Assembly (NCBI GenBank): GCA_021818685.1
Contig: JAKATP010000002.1
Location: forward strand, 180-64,179
DNA from: Bacillota bacterium
GTDB taxonomy: Bacteria; Bacillota; Sulfobacillia; Sulfobacillales; JAIMBI01
DNA length: 64,000 bases
Direction of reading: 5' to 3'
Made by a program: the position numbers and the translations under genes. A model generated the notes under the pieces. That model had not been told where the DNA came from and made no database searches. It was given only the letters and a program-made list of their open reading frames with translations. How positions within the stretch are numbered: position 1 is the stretch's first letter; each line of letters opens with the position of its first letter. Below, one piece after another: positions 46,754 to 55,951 of the stretch.

Positions 46754-47356
46754 ATGAACGCGTGGAGGCGATTCCGGAAGTACTGGAAGGTCGGCGTGCT
46801 GCTGGTGGGCCTGGTGCTGGCCGGCCCTGCCGTGGGGCACACATTTGCGACACGGTCCTCGGGATCGACAGCTGTCGCGGCCAGCGGTGTGGTGTACCAC
46901 GGTGTGAACCAAACCCTGTTACAAGAGTGTATCGGGAAGGGGCAAAACTGCCTCGTCACCATACCCGGCTTGGTGCATTGTATGCGCGTGTACAAGATCT
47001 GCAACCAGGCTGCGACAGCCGACAACGGCGTGTTGTCCCGTCCCCTCGCGGCAGGCACGCGCCTTATGACGGCCTCCCAGGTGTTGCAGCGGTTGGGGAC
47101 AGCGAACCCGAACGTCAAGCGGGCTACCGCCGTGATGACAGCCTACGGGACTCTGCACGCAAAAGACCCCGCGTTGGCGGCCAGCACCACCATCGACTCC
47201 GGTCGACCCGTCTACCTCGTCACGGAATGGTTCGTGAAGCCCGTATTGGTACAGGGTCTCATTGTGCCGAATGGGGCACCGGGGTCCGGGTATGTGACCG
47301 GGGCCCAGTACGTGGTCGATGCCGCGACCGGACAAATCACCGATTGGACGCCCTAG
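46754..47356 (+). CDS. Membrane-anchored/secreted protein with PepSY-like C-terminus
   Basis: ATG 46754 after AAAGGAG. Signal anchor WKVGVLLVGLVLAGPAVG, a four-Cys segment, and a C-terminal VYLVTEWF...GAQYVVDAATGQITDW resembling the PepSY motif. Confidence 0.55.
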   Translation: MNAWRRFRKYWKVGVLLVGLVLAGPAVGHTFATRSSGSTAVAASGVVYHGVNQTLLQECIGKGQNCLVTIPGLVHCMRVYKICNQAATADNGVLSRPLAAGTRLMTASQVLQRLGTANPNVKRATAVMTAYGTLHAKDPALAASTTIDSGRPVYLVTEWFVKPVLVQGLIVPNGAPGSGYVTGAQYVVDAATGQITDWTP

Positions 47357-47546
47357 AGACCGCACCGTACGCCGAACCGTGACCCAAAGATGGACGGCCA
47401 CCAAACGACGGCGGCGACCCGCATCCGAGCGCGACTGCCTGCCGCTCCTGGAAAAGCGGGCGCAGTTCCGCCGGCGTCCATGACAACGGCGCGACTCACG
47501 AGCGTTACCGGGGCGTCACTTTGGTACAATCAGGGGACAGTCGGAG

Positions 47547-48155
47547 GTGTCGTTGCTGGTTCGGCCCATCTACATCATTCCGCGCGATTCTGGAGTGTTG
47601 CGCGCCCGTTCGACCCGCATCCGGTCGTTGCGGGAGGGGACCTCCGTCATTCAGGATCTGTTCGATACCTGGCCTACGGTCGCAGCCCACGGCATCGCAG
47701 CGCCCCAGATCGGAGTCAACCGCCGCTTGTTTGTGTATCGGCCCTACGAGGACGAGGATGATGTGCCGCCGACCGCGCTCATGAACCCCAAAATTATCAA
47801 GGCGAGCGGGGAGCTCATGGACTTCGACGGGTGCCTGTCGGTACCCGGCCTCTACGGGCAGACGCGGCGGGCGGAGCGCATCGTGGTAAGCGCCGAGACT
47901 TTCGACGGGACGCCCGTCCGGCTTAAGTTCGAAGGATTTACGGCTCGCATTGTCCAGCACGAGATCGATCACCTGGAAGGGGTCCTCTTTATTGACCGCC
48001 TGGACACGGTCGACGATCTCTACACCGTGACCGAGGAGCCTCCCGAGGCGGAGGGCGAGGAGCCGAGGCTCGTACGGGTGCCGCTCACGGACGACGAGCG
48101 AAGCCTCATCCTGCGCGAACAGCGGCCTATTCCCGGCCACGCCCTGCACTGGTAG
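47547..48155 (+). CDS. def: Peptide deformylase
   Basis: Motifs GIAAPQIG, DGCLSVPG and QHEIDHLEG. The start could be TTG 47553, which lies 5 nt after GGAGG. Confidence 0.92.
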   Translation: MSLLVRPIYIIPRDSGVLRARSTRIRSLREGTSVIQDLFDTWPTVAAHGIAAPQIGVNRRLFVYRPYEDEDDVPPTALMNPKIIKASGELMDFDGCLSVPGLYGQTRRAERIVVSAETFDGTPVRLKFEGFTARIVQHEIDHLEGVLFIDRLDTVDDLYTVTEEPPEAEGEEPRLVRVPLTDDERSLILREQRPIPGHALHW

Positions 48156-49997
48156 CTAGAGGTCAAGCTGGATCGCGTTGGTCCGGAGCCAGGCGTCGCA
48201 TTGCAGCAGGTAGGCGAAGAGGGCCGGCACCCCCATCATCTGCCCGAACCAGGGCAAGTCCCAGGCGCGTGGGTCCATCTCCACCAGCTCCTCTGCTCGG
48301 GGTCGGTTTAAGAGGGACACCAGACGCGAGGAGCTGTCGGCCAGGAGGGCTCGAAAGCGGCCGCGCAGGGTCTCCGCATACATGGGGTGATGAGTGGTGG
48401 GGTACGGCATTTTCGGCCGGTCCACCACGTCGTCGGGTAAGAGGCCGCGCGCGGCGGCCCGCAAGACGCCCTTGGGAACGCCACCCAGGCTTTTGATCGA
48501 CCAGGGGATGTTCCAGACGTACTCCACCAGGCGATGGTCACAAAACGGCACCCGCACCTCAAGGCCGAAGGCCATGCTCATACGATCCTTGCGGTCGAGC
48601 AGGGTGGGCAGAAAGCGTGTGAGGTTCAGGTACAGGATTTCGCGGATGCGCGCCTCTGACGGAGTCTCGGAGGGTAAACGAGGCACCTCCGCCAGCGCTT
48701 CGGCATAGCGGCTCCTGACGTAATCGTCTGGGTGCAGCCGGCGCACCAGCCCCGGGTCCAGGATCCCGATCCGATCGGCAAGGCGCCGCGCCCACGGGAA
48801 CGTGTCGGCCGTGAGGGCGTCGGGCCGGTGGCACCAGGGATACCCCCCGAACACCTCGTCGGCTGCCTCGCCGGACAGGACCACCACCTGCTCGCGTCGG
48901 ACGGCGCGGCAAAAGAGGTACAGGGAGGTATCGATGTCCGCCATGCCGGGAAAGTCGCGCGCCGCGAGGCTTGGAAGAAGTTCGTCCGCGAGTTCCGCAT
49001 TGTCAAGGAGTACGCGGTGATGATCGGTGCGGCACCACGCACTCACGCGTTCCGCCCAGGGCGCATCGAGGCTTTTCTGAAACGTCGTCGGTTGGAAGTA
49101 TCGGGCCTGGTCGACAAAGTCGACCGAGTATGTGTGCAGAGGCGGGCCCTTGGTCTCGAGCGCCCGCGCGGCAATCGCCGTCACGAGACTTGAGTCGAGC
49201 CCCCCGGACAGAAAGGTCGAGATCCCCACGTCGGACACCAGCTGGCGGCGCACCGCGTCGTCAATCAGATCCCGCACGGTGGCGACGGTGGTGCCCGGGT
49301 CATCTCCATGCGGCCGCGACTCGAGCCGCCAATAAGTAGACGTCCTAAGACCGCGTCGGTCAAAGACCGCGGTCGTACCCGGACGGATCTCCGCCATCCC
49401 CCGGTAAATACCGGCGCCCGGAGTGCGGGCCGGGCCTATCGCCAGGACTTCCAAGAGACCCTCGGCATCCACCGCGTGCACGAAGTGCGGGTGGGCGAGA
49501 ATGGCTTTTGGCTCGGAGCCGAAGAGGAGACTGTGGTCGGGCAGCTCCGCGTAGAAGAGAGGCTTGACCCCGAGCCGATCCCGCGCAAGCAAGAGACGGC
49601 GGTCCCGCCCATCATAGATCGCATAGGCGAAGATTCCGTTCAAATGCTCGGGACTCGCGTCTCCCCAGGCCAGATAGGCATTCAGGACCACCTCGGTGTC
49701 TGACCAGCCCGAAAACTGATAGCCGCGGGCCTGGAGCTCCGTGCGCACCTCGTCCGTGTTATAGATCTCGCCGTTGTACACCAGGGTGACGGGGGCGTTA
49801 AGTGCCCGCATCGGCTGCCGACCCCCCACGGGATCGATTACGACCAGGCGCCGGTGAGCCAAAATCGCGTGCCGTTCCGCTGACAGACCTTCGGCATCGG
49901 GACCTCGGCACGCTACCCGGGCCCCCATCGCCGCCACGGTTGGTCCTTGTCCGCTCAAATCGCCGAAGGGCGCCACCCATCCCGCAATGCCGCACAT
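48156..49997 (-). CDS. asnB: Asparagine synthase (glutamine-hydrolysing)
   Basis: ORF trimmed to ATG 49997 after GGGAGGGA, giving the N-terminal MCGIAGW nucleophile. The SGGLDSS pyrophosphatase motif is present. Confidence 0.93.
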   Translation of the reverse strand: MCGIAGWVAPFGDLSGQGPTVAAMGARVACRGPDAEGLSAERHAILAHRRLVVIDPVGGRQPMRALNAPVTLVYNGEIYNTDEVRTELQARGYQFSGWSDTEVVLNAYLAWGDASPEHLNGIFAYAIYDGRDRRLLLARDRLGVKPLFYAELPDHSLLFGSEPKAILAHPHFVHAVDAEGLLEVLAIGPARTPGAGIYRGMAEIRPGTTAVFDRRGLRTSTYWRLESRPHGDDPGTTVATVRDLIDDAVRRQLVSDVGISTFLSGGLDSSLVTAIAARALETKGPPLHTYSVDFVDQARYFQPTTFQKSLDAPWAERVSAWCRTDHHRVLLDNAELADELLPSLAARDFPGMADIDTSLYLFCRAVRREQVVVLSGEAADEVFGGYPWCHRPDALTADTFPWARRLADRIGILDPGLVRRLHPDDYVRSRYAEALAEVPRLPSETPSEARIREILYLNLTRFLPTLLDRKDRMSMAFGLEVRVPFCDHRLVEYVWNIPWSIKSLGGVPKGVLRAAARGLLPDDVVDRPKMPYPTTHHPMYAETLRGRFRALLADSSSRLVSLLNRPRAEELVEMDPRAWDLPWFGQMMGVPALFAYLLQCDAWLRTNAIQLDL

Positions 49998-50198
49998 GTT
50001 GATTCCCTCCCGGATAACGCACTGGGCTCGTTCGGCCGGTCGGCCCGACAGCCAACGATCACTCATGCGCTATACGCTATACGGCAGGGAAAGAGCGGGT
50101 GCGCACTCTGGCGCACCGTTACCGCGGAAGGAGCTGGGGGCTCCGGCAGGCTCTGGAGAGTGCGACCGTGTGATCCTGGCGAGAGCACGGCGGTTCGC

Positions 50199-50921
50199 TC
50201 ACGCGGATAGCACCCATTCTTCCCAGCGCATGCCGATGCCGGCCAGGCGGTCACCGACCGCACTCGTGACGGCCGTAAGCGGCAGGACCCGCTGTTCACC
50301 GTATGCCTGTGCGAGCGACTCGGCAGGGTCGTCCAGGTCAACGGCGCTTCCGATGGCAGGGAGATAGAGGGTGGCCACATCAACTTCCGGGGCCTCCTGC
50401 CGCAGGGCTGCGGCCAAGACGGTCAGGTAGCGCTTGGCGGTCTGGTAGGGCAGGGATGTGCCCGACACGTCGAGCGGATAGCCGGGCGACGCTACCCGCG
50501 CGCCGATGTTGAGCAGGAGCCCACTGTCTGCCGCGCGGAGGGCGGGGAGGAACGCCTGTGCCATCAAGGTGGTTCCCACCACTCCCGTCTCCAGAACTCC
50601 GGCGACCACCTCGGGTGCCAGCTCTGCGAGGGATCCCAGCGCGAACTGGCTCGCGTTGTTGATGAGGGCGGTGGGCGCGACGGTGGCGAGCACCGTCTCC
50701 CGGATGCGGTGTACGTCCTTCAAGTCTGCGATGCTTCCCACGATCGCGATCGGTTCCGGACCCTCCGCGCTGACCCGGCGGACCGTTTCGTGAAGGCCGT
50801 GGGCGTCCCGCGCGACCAGCACGGTCCGGGCTCCCCGGCGCGACAGGGCCAACGCGAGCGCCCGCCCGAGTCCCCGACTGGCTCCGGTAATGACCACGCA
50901 GGCGTCGTTCAACTCTTCCAT
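50199..50921 (-). CDS. Short-chain dehydrogenase/reductase (SDR)
   Basis: The 486-aa ORF is trimmed to ATG 50921 after AAGGGGGAT. Contains VVITGASRGLG and NNAS; the YxxxK region reads LPYQTAKRY. Confidence 0.85.
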   Translation of the reverse strand: MEELNDACVVITGASRGLGRALALALSRRGARTVLVARDAHGLHETVRRVSAEGPEPIAIVGSIADLKDVHRIRETVLATVAPTALINNASQFALGSLAELAPEVVAGVLETGVVGTTLMAQAFLPALRAADSGLLLNIGARVASPGYPLDVSGTSLPYQTAKRYLTVLAAALRQEAPEVDVATLYLPAIGSAVDLDDPAESLAQAYGEQRVLPLTAVTSAVGDRLAGIGMRWEEWVLSA

Positions 50922-50969
50922 TCGGATCCCCCTTCGCGGCTCGGTTAGAATCGAACCGACAGCCGTGTT

Positions 50970-51905
50970 TTGTACATTGTAGCGGGGTGGGTGGAGCGCG
51001 TGGGGCGCGTGGCGCTGGTGACGGCGGGAACGACTGGCCTCGGGCGGGCGATTACAGAGAGTCTCGTGCGGGCCGGATACGGCGTGGTGGCAACGAGCCG
51101 TCGTAGCGTGTCCGAGGTGGAGAGAAACGGCTCTCGCGAGGACGGGCAGCCGGTCGTGGTGCGCTGGGACAGTGCGGAGAGGGCCACAGATCAGGCGGTG
51201 GTCGACGCGGCCCTTTTCTACTTCGGCCGGCTCGACGCGGTGGTGCTGAACGCCGGCCCCTACCATCGAACGCCGGTCTCCATAGCCGAGACGTCTGACG
51301 CCGTGTTCGCGGCCATGCTGGAGGGGAATCTGACCGCGTCCTTCCGCCTCATCCGGACGGCCCTCCCTGTCCTGCGTGCCGGCCTGCATCCGCGCGTCGT
51401 CACCGTCGGATACGTGGGTGCCGGAGGCGCACTCGGGTGGCCGCAGCGCGGGGCTTACGCGGCGGCCAAGGCGGGGCTGGCCGCCCTCACACGCACACTG
51501 GCGGAAGAAGAAAGACATTGCGGCGTGACGGCCAACATGGTGTGTCCGAGTGACATCCGGGCCCACGACAAAATCCGCTCCGAAACCTCGCCCGATCGAC
51601 CGGTAGGTGCCGACGTCGCGCGGCTCATCGGCTTCTTGCTGGATCCGGACTCCGACCACGTGACCGGGCAGGTGCTGGAGCTCGCGTTCGCCCCCGGCTC
51701 AGGACCGGCTCAGGCTGGGATCGCGATTCCGGTGCCGGCCCGGCAGCGCCCGGTCGGGTCAACCGTCCACCCGCGTGGCTGGGCGACACCGGTGCGGGTG
51801 GAGGAGGCGCGGCTCGAGGGGGACGAGTGGACGTATCGCGTGGCAATGGACGGGATGACGGCCTGGGTCGGAGAGCGTGATCTCAGCGAGGGGGAGACAC
51901 CCTGA
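50970..51905 (+). CDS. SDR family oxidoreductase with C-terminal extension
   Basis: ALVTAGTTGLGRAI, NAGP and YAAAKAGL motifs, followed by about 65 extra C-terminal residues. The true start is probably one of the GTGs near 50991-51009. Confidence 0.8.
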   Translation: MYIVAGWVERVGRVALVTAGTTGLGRAITESLVRAGYGVVATSRRSVSEVERNGSREDGQPVVVRWDSAERATDQAVVDAALFYFGRLDAVVLNAGPYHRTPVSIAETSDAVFAAMLEGNLTASFRLIRTALPVLRAGLHPRVVTVGYVGAGGALGWPQRGAYAAAKAGLAALTRTLAEEERHCGVTANMVCPSDIRAHDKIRSETSPDRPVGADVARLIGFLLDPDSDHVTGQVLELAFAPGSGPAQAGIAIPVPARQRPVGSTVHPRGWATPVRVEEARLEGDEWTYRVAMDGMTAWVGERDLSEGETP

Positions 51906-51937
51906 GCCCCTCGTTTGCTGCCCTGGCGCCACCGGGG

Positions 51938-52474
51938 GTGTGGGCGGCCGTCTCACAGGGGATGCGGCTTATGCCGGTCAACGACTGGCCGTCCGAGACG
52001 GAATCTGGGGATTGGCTGGTTTTGGGCGTCACGCGAGGACGGATCCCGACCCGTTGGCGGGCTCTGGATCTGGACAACAAGGCTGGGGACCCCCGGGTCG
52101 CGGCGGCTATCGACGCGCTCAGCGGGCGGCTCATACGCGAGTGCGCCGCGGCGGGGCACCCGTCCTTCTGGTTTCCGTCACGTAGCGGCCTCGAAGCCGG
52201 GAGCGGGGCGGGTCACCTCTACTGTTGGCTCCCGGAGCTTGACGCAGCCGAACAGGAAGCCTGTTTACTGCGTGCCCTGTCGGTGGCCCTAGGCTGTGTC
52301 CCGTCAGCCCTGTCCTTCTCGGAGCGCATGCAGACCGGTCTCGATGGCAATCTGCAGGTGTTCTTTCCGCCACGGGAGAACGTGGGAGCTGCGCTGTCGA
52401 TCGCCCCCCTGGGGGCGCTTGTGCGTTTCAAACAGCAGTGGGAGGTTTTTGTGGATTCCGGGAAAAAACACTGA
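51938..52474 (+). CDS. Hypothetical protein with primase-polymerase (AEP)-like motif order
   Basis: WRALDLDN (DxD), SGAGHLYCWL (sGxH-hyf) and GLDGNLQVFFPP (hD...PP) occur in the order and context of the Prim-Pol/AEP core. 170-178 aa, with uncertain start (GTG 51938, ATG 51962 or 51971). Confidence 0.45.
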   Translation: MWAAVSQGMRLMPVNDWPSETESGDWLVLGVTRGRIPTRWRALDLDNKAGDPRVAAAIDALSGRLIRECAAAGHPSFWFPSRSGLEAGSGAGHLYCWLPELDAAEQEACLLRALSVALGCVPSALSFSERMQTGLDGNLQVFFPPRENVGAALSIAPLGALVRFKQQWEVFVDSGKKH

Positions 52475-52500
52475 CCGTCGGGGACGCAAGCCGCTACAAT
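52471..52500 (+). promoter_or_regulatory. Candidate sigma-A-type promoter
   Basis: CTGACC/TGACCG (-35-like), a 17-18 nt spacer, then TACAAT (52495-52500), about 30 nt upstream of GTG 52529. Confidence 0.35.
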
Positions 52501-52528
52501 AGCAAGAAACTCTGGCCGGGGGTGACGC

Positions 52529-52783
52529 GTGGGCGATCTGATGGTGCTGACAGTCGCTGGGGTCACGGCCACCGACCGCATCGTGGTCGGCATCGGCCTC
52601 GTGCTCATCATCGCGGTGGCGCTGGTGGTGGTGTCGGCGTACCGGGCAAACGCCGCCCGCCCGCCGCGCTATGCACGGCTCCGCCGCCAGTGGACTGTGA
52701 TTAAGGGCGGCCGCCGACATGAACCGGCCTGGCGGACGAAGGCGTCCGGGCGGCCTGGCCGTCGGCGCAACGCCGGTTATTAG
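52529..52783 (+). CDS. Small single-pass membrane protein with Arg-rich tail
   Basis: GTG 52529 lies 5 nt after GGGGGTGA. Helix IVVGIGLVLIIAVALVVVSAY is followed by a very basic 45-aa tail. Confidence 0.4.
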   Translation: MGDLMVLTVAGVTATDRIVVGIGLVLIIAVALVVVSAYRANAARPPRYARLRRQWTVIKGGRRHEPAWRTKASGRPGRRRNAGY

Positions 52784-53211
52784 CCAGCGGAGTCATGGCT
52801 CGGGCCCCGCGAGCGGCGCACGCGCCGCCATACCTGAAGGGCGACCAGGCCCGTCGTCACCGCCCAGGCGATAATGCGGCTTCTGGAGCCGCGGCTGCTG
52901 GGCGCTGGCCTGGAGGTCGCCCGCTGCCGCCAAGCCAAGAGCGCGGCGGCAGCCTCCGCCGCGAGCCCGGCGTAGCGGGCGCCCGTTCCCCAGGCCCCCA
53001 CGGTTGATGTCATGGTTCGGGTCGTCTCACCCATTTCGGACACGGTGGCCCGGAGCCGCTCACGGACGTGTGCGGCTTCGGCGACGAGCATCCGCTGCAG
53101 GCGCAAGAGGCGCACCAGCAGGATCGCGGCCAGTACCGACACCGCGACCAGCATCACGGCGATGACGGCCAGGATAATCATGATCGCGGTCAATGCGGCG
53201 GGAACCGACAT
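52780..53211 (-). CDS. Membrane-anchored coiled-coil protein (DUF948/YtxG-like)
   Basis: ORF trimmed to ATG 53211 after GGGAGGT. N-terminal helix AALTAIMIILAVIAVMLVAVSVLAAILLV is followed by a helical charged region. It lies immediately downstream of a YtxH-like gene. Confidence 0.5.
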   Translation of the reverse strand: MSVPAALTAIMIILAVIAVMLVAVSVLAAILLVRLLRLQRMLVAEAAHVRERLRATVSEMGETTRTMTSTVGAWGTGARYAGLAAEAAAALLAWRQRATSRPAPSSRGSRSRIIAWAVTTGLVALQVWRRVRRSRGPSHDSAG

Positions 53212-53260
53212 GCGTACCTCCCGTAGAGGCGTCACCGGAGGGCGCCGCCGTGACTTTTGG

Positions 53261-53530
53261 TTAAACCGTGGGCGGCTCCGCCTCTGCGACGTGGTTTTGT
53301 ACCCGCGATAGCTCTGTTTCGTGCCGGAACAGGGCTGCGCTCTGCTCGCGCACGGTCTTTTGCAGGTCGCCGACCGCCGTTCGCAGCTGGTCGAGCGAGT
53401 CACGGGCGCGGTTCTTGATCGTGCTGCGGGTGTCCTCGCCCGACGAGGGCGCCAGTAGGATCCCGGCAGCAAAGCCGATGAGGACCCCGATCGCGATGCC
53501 ACTCACCCGATCCCAGGAACGATCGTTCAC
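53261..53530 (-). CDS. YtxH domain protein
   Basis: GTG 53530 after AGGAGGAG. GIAIGVLIGFAAGILLAPSSGEDTR matches the YtxH motif (G-rich helix, then APxSGxxTR). Confidence 0.7.
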   Translation of the reverse strand: MNDRSWDRVSGIAIGVLIGFAAGILLAPSSGEDTRSTIKNRARDSLDQLRTAVGDLQKTVREQSAALFRHETELSRVQNHVAEAEPPTV

Positions 53531-53765
53531 GCTCTCTCCTCCTATCGCTGCGTTTCGCTGCATTTCGGACTCGACAGATCCAGGGTTAATGCTTGGCCGG
53601 CTCCCTAAACAATTCGTGCGGAGAATCCTGGATATCGCCGGCCGATTTCGCCCCCGAGTGGTTCCATTGTCTCACACCCATGCAAGCGCAGCGTTCATGA
53701 CAGGCCGACGGGCGGGCGCTATACTAGGCCCGGGCTTTTATCTCGATTGCCAGAGGAGGACCGTC

Positions 53766-54041
53766 ATGCCGCATGTCATCACCAACCGGTGCGTCGGCAC
53801 CAAAGATCAGAGCTGCGTCGAGGTGTGCCCGGTCGACTGCATCCACCCGGCCAAGAACATCGACGGGGAGGCGGCTTTTGAGGAAGCGCTCCAGCTCTAC
53901 ATCGACCCGGATGTCTGCATCGACTGCGGCGCCTGTGTGCCAGAATGCCCGGTGGAAGCCATTTTCATGGATGACGAGCTGCCTGATGAGTTTCGCGAGT
54001 TCCTGGATGTGAACGCGAACTACTTCAAACAGCACGGCTAG
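53766..54041 (+). CDS. Ferredoxin (two Fe-S cluster motifs, 7Fe-type layout)
   Basis: ATG 53766 after GAGGAGG. N-terminal CVGTKDQSCVEVCPVDCI and later CIDCGACVPECP. 91 aa. Confidence 0.9.
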   Translation: MPHVITNRCVGTKDQSCVEVCPVDCIHPAKNIDGEAAFEEALQLYIDPDVCIDCGACVPECPVEAIFMDDELPDEFREFLDVNANYFKQHG

Positions 54042-54061
54042 ACGGCCCGAGGCGTCCGGGC

Positions 54062-55951
54062 CTAGGTGCGGGCCAGCCGGAGCACCACCACCCCGAGCGG
54101 TGGGAACGTGACCGGCAGCCTGGCCGCCCCGTTGACGACCTTTGTCTCACAAGAACCCAGATTGCCGATGTTGGCGCCGCCGTACCGGGCGGCGTCGCTG
54201 TTTAGCACCTCGTCCCAGTGGCCCTCCGCTACGCCCGAGAGCCAGACGCGCTCCCGCGGGACCGGGGTCCCATTGACAGCTACCAAGATGGAGGGTGCCG
54301 GGGCCGCCTCGCGCCGGAAGGCGTAAAGCGTCTGGCTGCGCAGTTCGCCCCCCACCCAGGCGAAGCCTTCGGGGCTCGCGTCCAGTACGTGCAGGGCGGG
54401 TTCCGCCAGGTAGAGGCGGTTTAAGTCGGCGACCAGGCGGCGGATTCCGGCGTGGGGCTCTTCTTCCGCCTCCTCCCAGGCGAGCTCCGCTTCGTGCGAC
54501 CATTCTTCCCACTGCCCCCACTCGCCGCCCATGAAGAGGAGCTTCTTGCCCGGCATGGTGGCCTGCAGGGCCAAAAGCAGGCGGAGGTTCGCCCGCTGTT
54601 GCCATTCGTCGCCGGGCATCCGGGATAGGAGGGAGCCCTTGCCGTAGACCACCTCATCATGGGATAGGGGCAGGACGAAGTTTTCACTCCAGGCGTACAC
54701 GCTCCGAAAGGTGAGGGCGTCGTAATGGTGCGAACGGTGGATAGGGTCGCGCTGCAGGAACTGCAGGGTGTCGTGCATCCACCCCATGTCCCACTTGTAA
54801 CCGAACCCGAGGCCACCCGTGTCGGTGGGCCGCGAGACGCCGGGCCATGCGGTCGACTCTTCGGCATAGGTCTGGACTCCGGGATAGCGGGCATAGACGG
54901 CGCGATTCAAATGCTGCAAGAAGCTTATCGCTTCCCGATTCTCCCGCCCCCCATCGGCATTCGGAATCCACTCGCCCGGCTTTCGCGAGTAGTCAAGGTA
55001 CAGCATCGAGGCGACGGCGTCGACGCGCAGTCCGTCGGCGTGGTAGCGGTCGAGCCAAAAGAGCCCGCTTGAGGTGAGGAAACTTCGGACTTCGTGCCGA
55101 CTGTAGTTGAAGATGAGGGAGTTCCAGTCGGGGTGGACACCGCGGCGGGGGTCGGCGTGCTCGTAGAGGTGCGTACCGTCGAACCGGGCCAAGGCGTATG
55201 CGTCGCCGGGGAAGTGGGATGGCACCCAGTCCAGGATGACGCCGATGCCGGCCTGGTGGAGCGTGTCGATGAGGAACATGAAATCGTCGGGGCTGCCGTA
55301 GCGAGCGGTAGGGGCGAAGTAACCCGTCGTTTGATAGCCCCACGATCCATAGAAGGGATGCTCCATCACGGGCAGAAATTCCACATGGGTGAATGCGAGC
55401 TCGTGCAGGTACTCTGCCAACGGCAAGGCTAGATCGCGGTAATTCATATAGTGGCGGCCGTCGCGCGGCCGGCGCCAGGAGCCGAGATGCATCTCGTACA
55501 CGGTCTCGGGAGCATCGAGGCTCGAGCGGCGGCCACGGTCCGCCATCCATTCGTCGTCATGCCAGACATAGTCGAGAGGCCATACCACGGATGCGGTCTT
55601 GGGCGGAGTCTCGTGCCGGAAGCCAACCGGATCCGCATGGTCGAGCGGGGACCCGCCGGCCCAAATTCGGTACTTGTAAAGGGCCCCCGGGCCCACGGCC
55701 GGTACGTATCCGGCAAAGATACCGGAGTCCCCCTGACGGAAGAGTTCCGCCCCCGTCCCGCTCCAGGCGTTGAAGTCGCCCAGGACGTCGACCCGCGACG
55801 CATTGGGAGCCCAGACGGCAAACCGCGTGCCGCCCGACTCCGGATGGGCGCCCAGAACCTCCCACAGGCGAAGCTCCGAGCCTTCGTTGAAGAAGTAGAG
55901 ACGCTCGTCTGGTATCAGCCGGGTGGGCCCGCTAGCTGGTGGTTGTGGCAT
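54062..55951 (-). CDS. glgB: 1,4-alpha-glucan branching enzyme
   Basis: GH13 branching-enzyme segments ([54 protein letters not shown]). ATG after GGAGGAGG overlaps the upstream gene by 20 nt. Confidence 0.93.
   Translation of the reverse strand: MPQPPASGPTRLIPDERLYFFNEGSELRLWEVLGAHPESGGTRFAVWAPNASRVDVLGDFNAWSGTGAELFRQGDSGIFAGYVPAVGPGALYKYRIWAGGSPLDHADPVGFRHETPPKTASVVWPLDYVWHDDEWMADRGRRSSLDAPETVYEMHLGSWRRPRDGRHYMNYRDLALPLAEYLHELAFTHVEFLPVMEHPFYGSWGYQTTGYFAPTARYGSPDDFMFLIDTLHQAGIGVILDWVPSHFPGDAYALARFDGTHLYEHADPRRGVHPDWNSLIFNYSRHEVRSFLTSSGLFWLDRYHADGLRVDAVASMLYLDYSRKPGEWIPNADGGRENREAISFLQHLNRAVYARYPGVQTYAEESTAWPGVSRPTDTGGLGFGYKWDMGWMHDTLQFLQRDPIHRSHHYDALTFRSVYAWSENFVLPLSHDEVVYGKGSLLSRMPGDEWQQRANLRLLLALQATMPGKKLLFMGGEWGQWEEWSHEAELAWEEAEEEPHAGIRRLVADLNRLYLAEPALHVLDASPEGFAWVGGELRSQTLYAFRREAAPAPSILVAVNGTPVPRERVWLSGVAEGHWDEVLNSDAARYGGANIGNLGSCETKVVNGAARLPVTFPPLGVVVLRLART

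Noticed and set aside
46729-47382. 217-aa plus-strand ORF in an alternative frame to the PepSY-like gene
   Set aside because: The translation is Arg/Gly-rich. The overlapping frame starting at 46754 has an RBS, a signal anchor and a protein-like composition.
50069-50082. Tandem GCTATAC GCTATAC upstream of asnB
   Set aside because: It is only two copies of a 7-mer, too short to call a repeat element. It may just be part of the promoter region.
50922-51659. N-terminal 246-aa extension of the minus-strand SDR ORF (486 aa in the ORF track)
   Set aside because: The extension is Arg/His-rich and overlaps the well-supported divergent SDR gene. An internal ATG at 50921 with an RBS gives a normal 240-aa SDR starting just before the TGxxxGxG motif.
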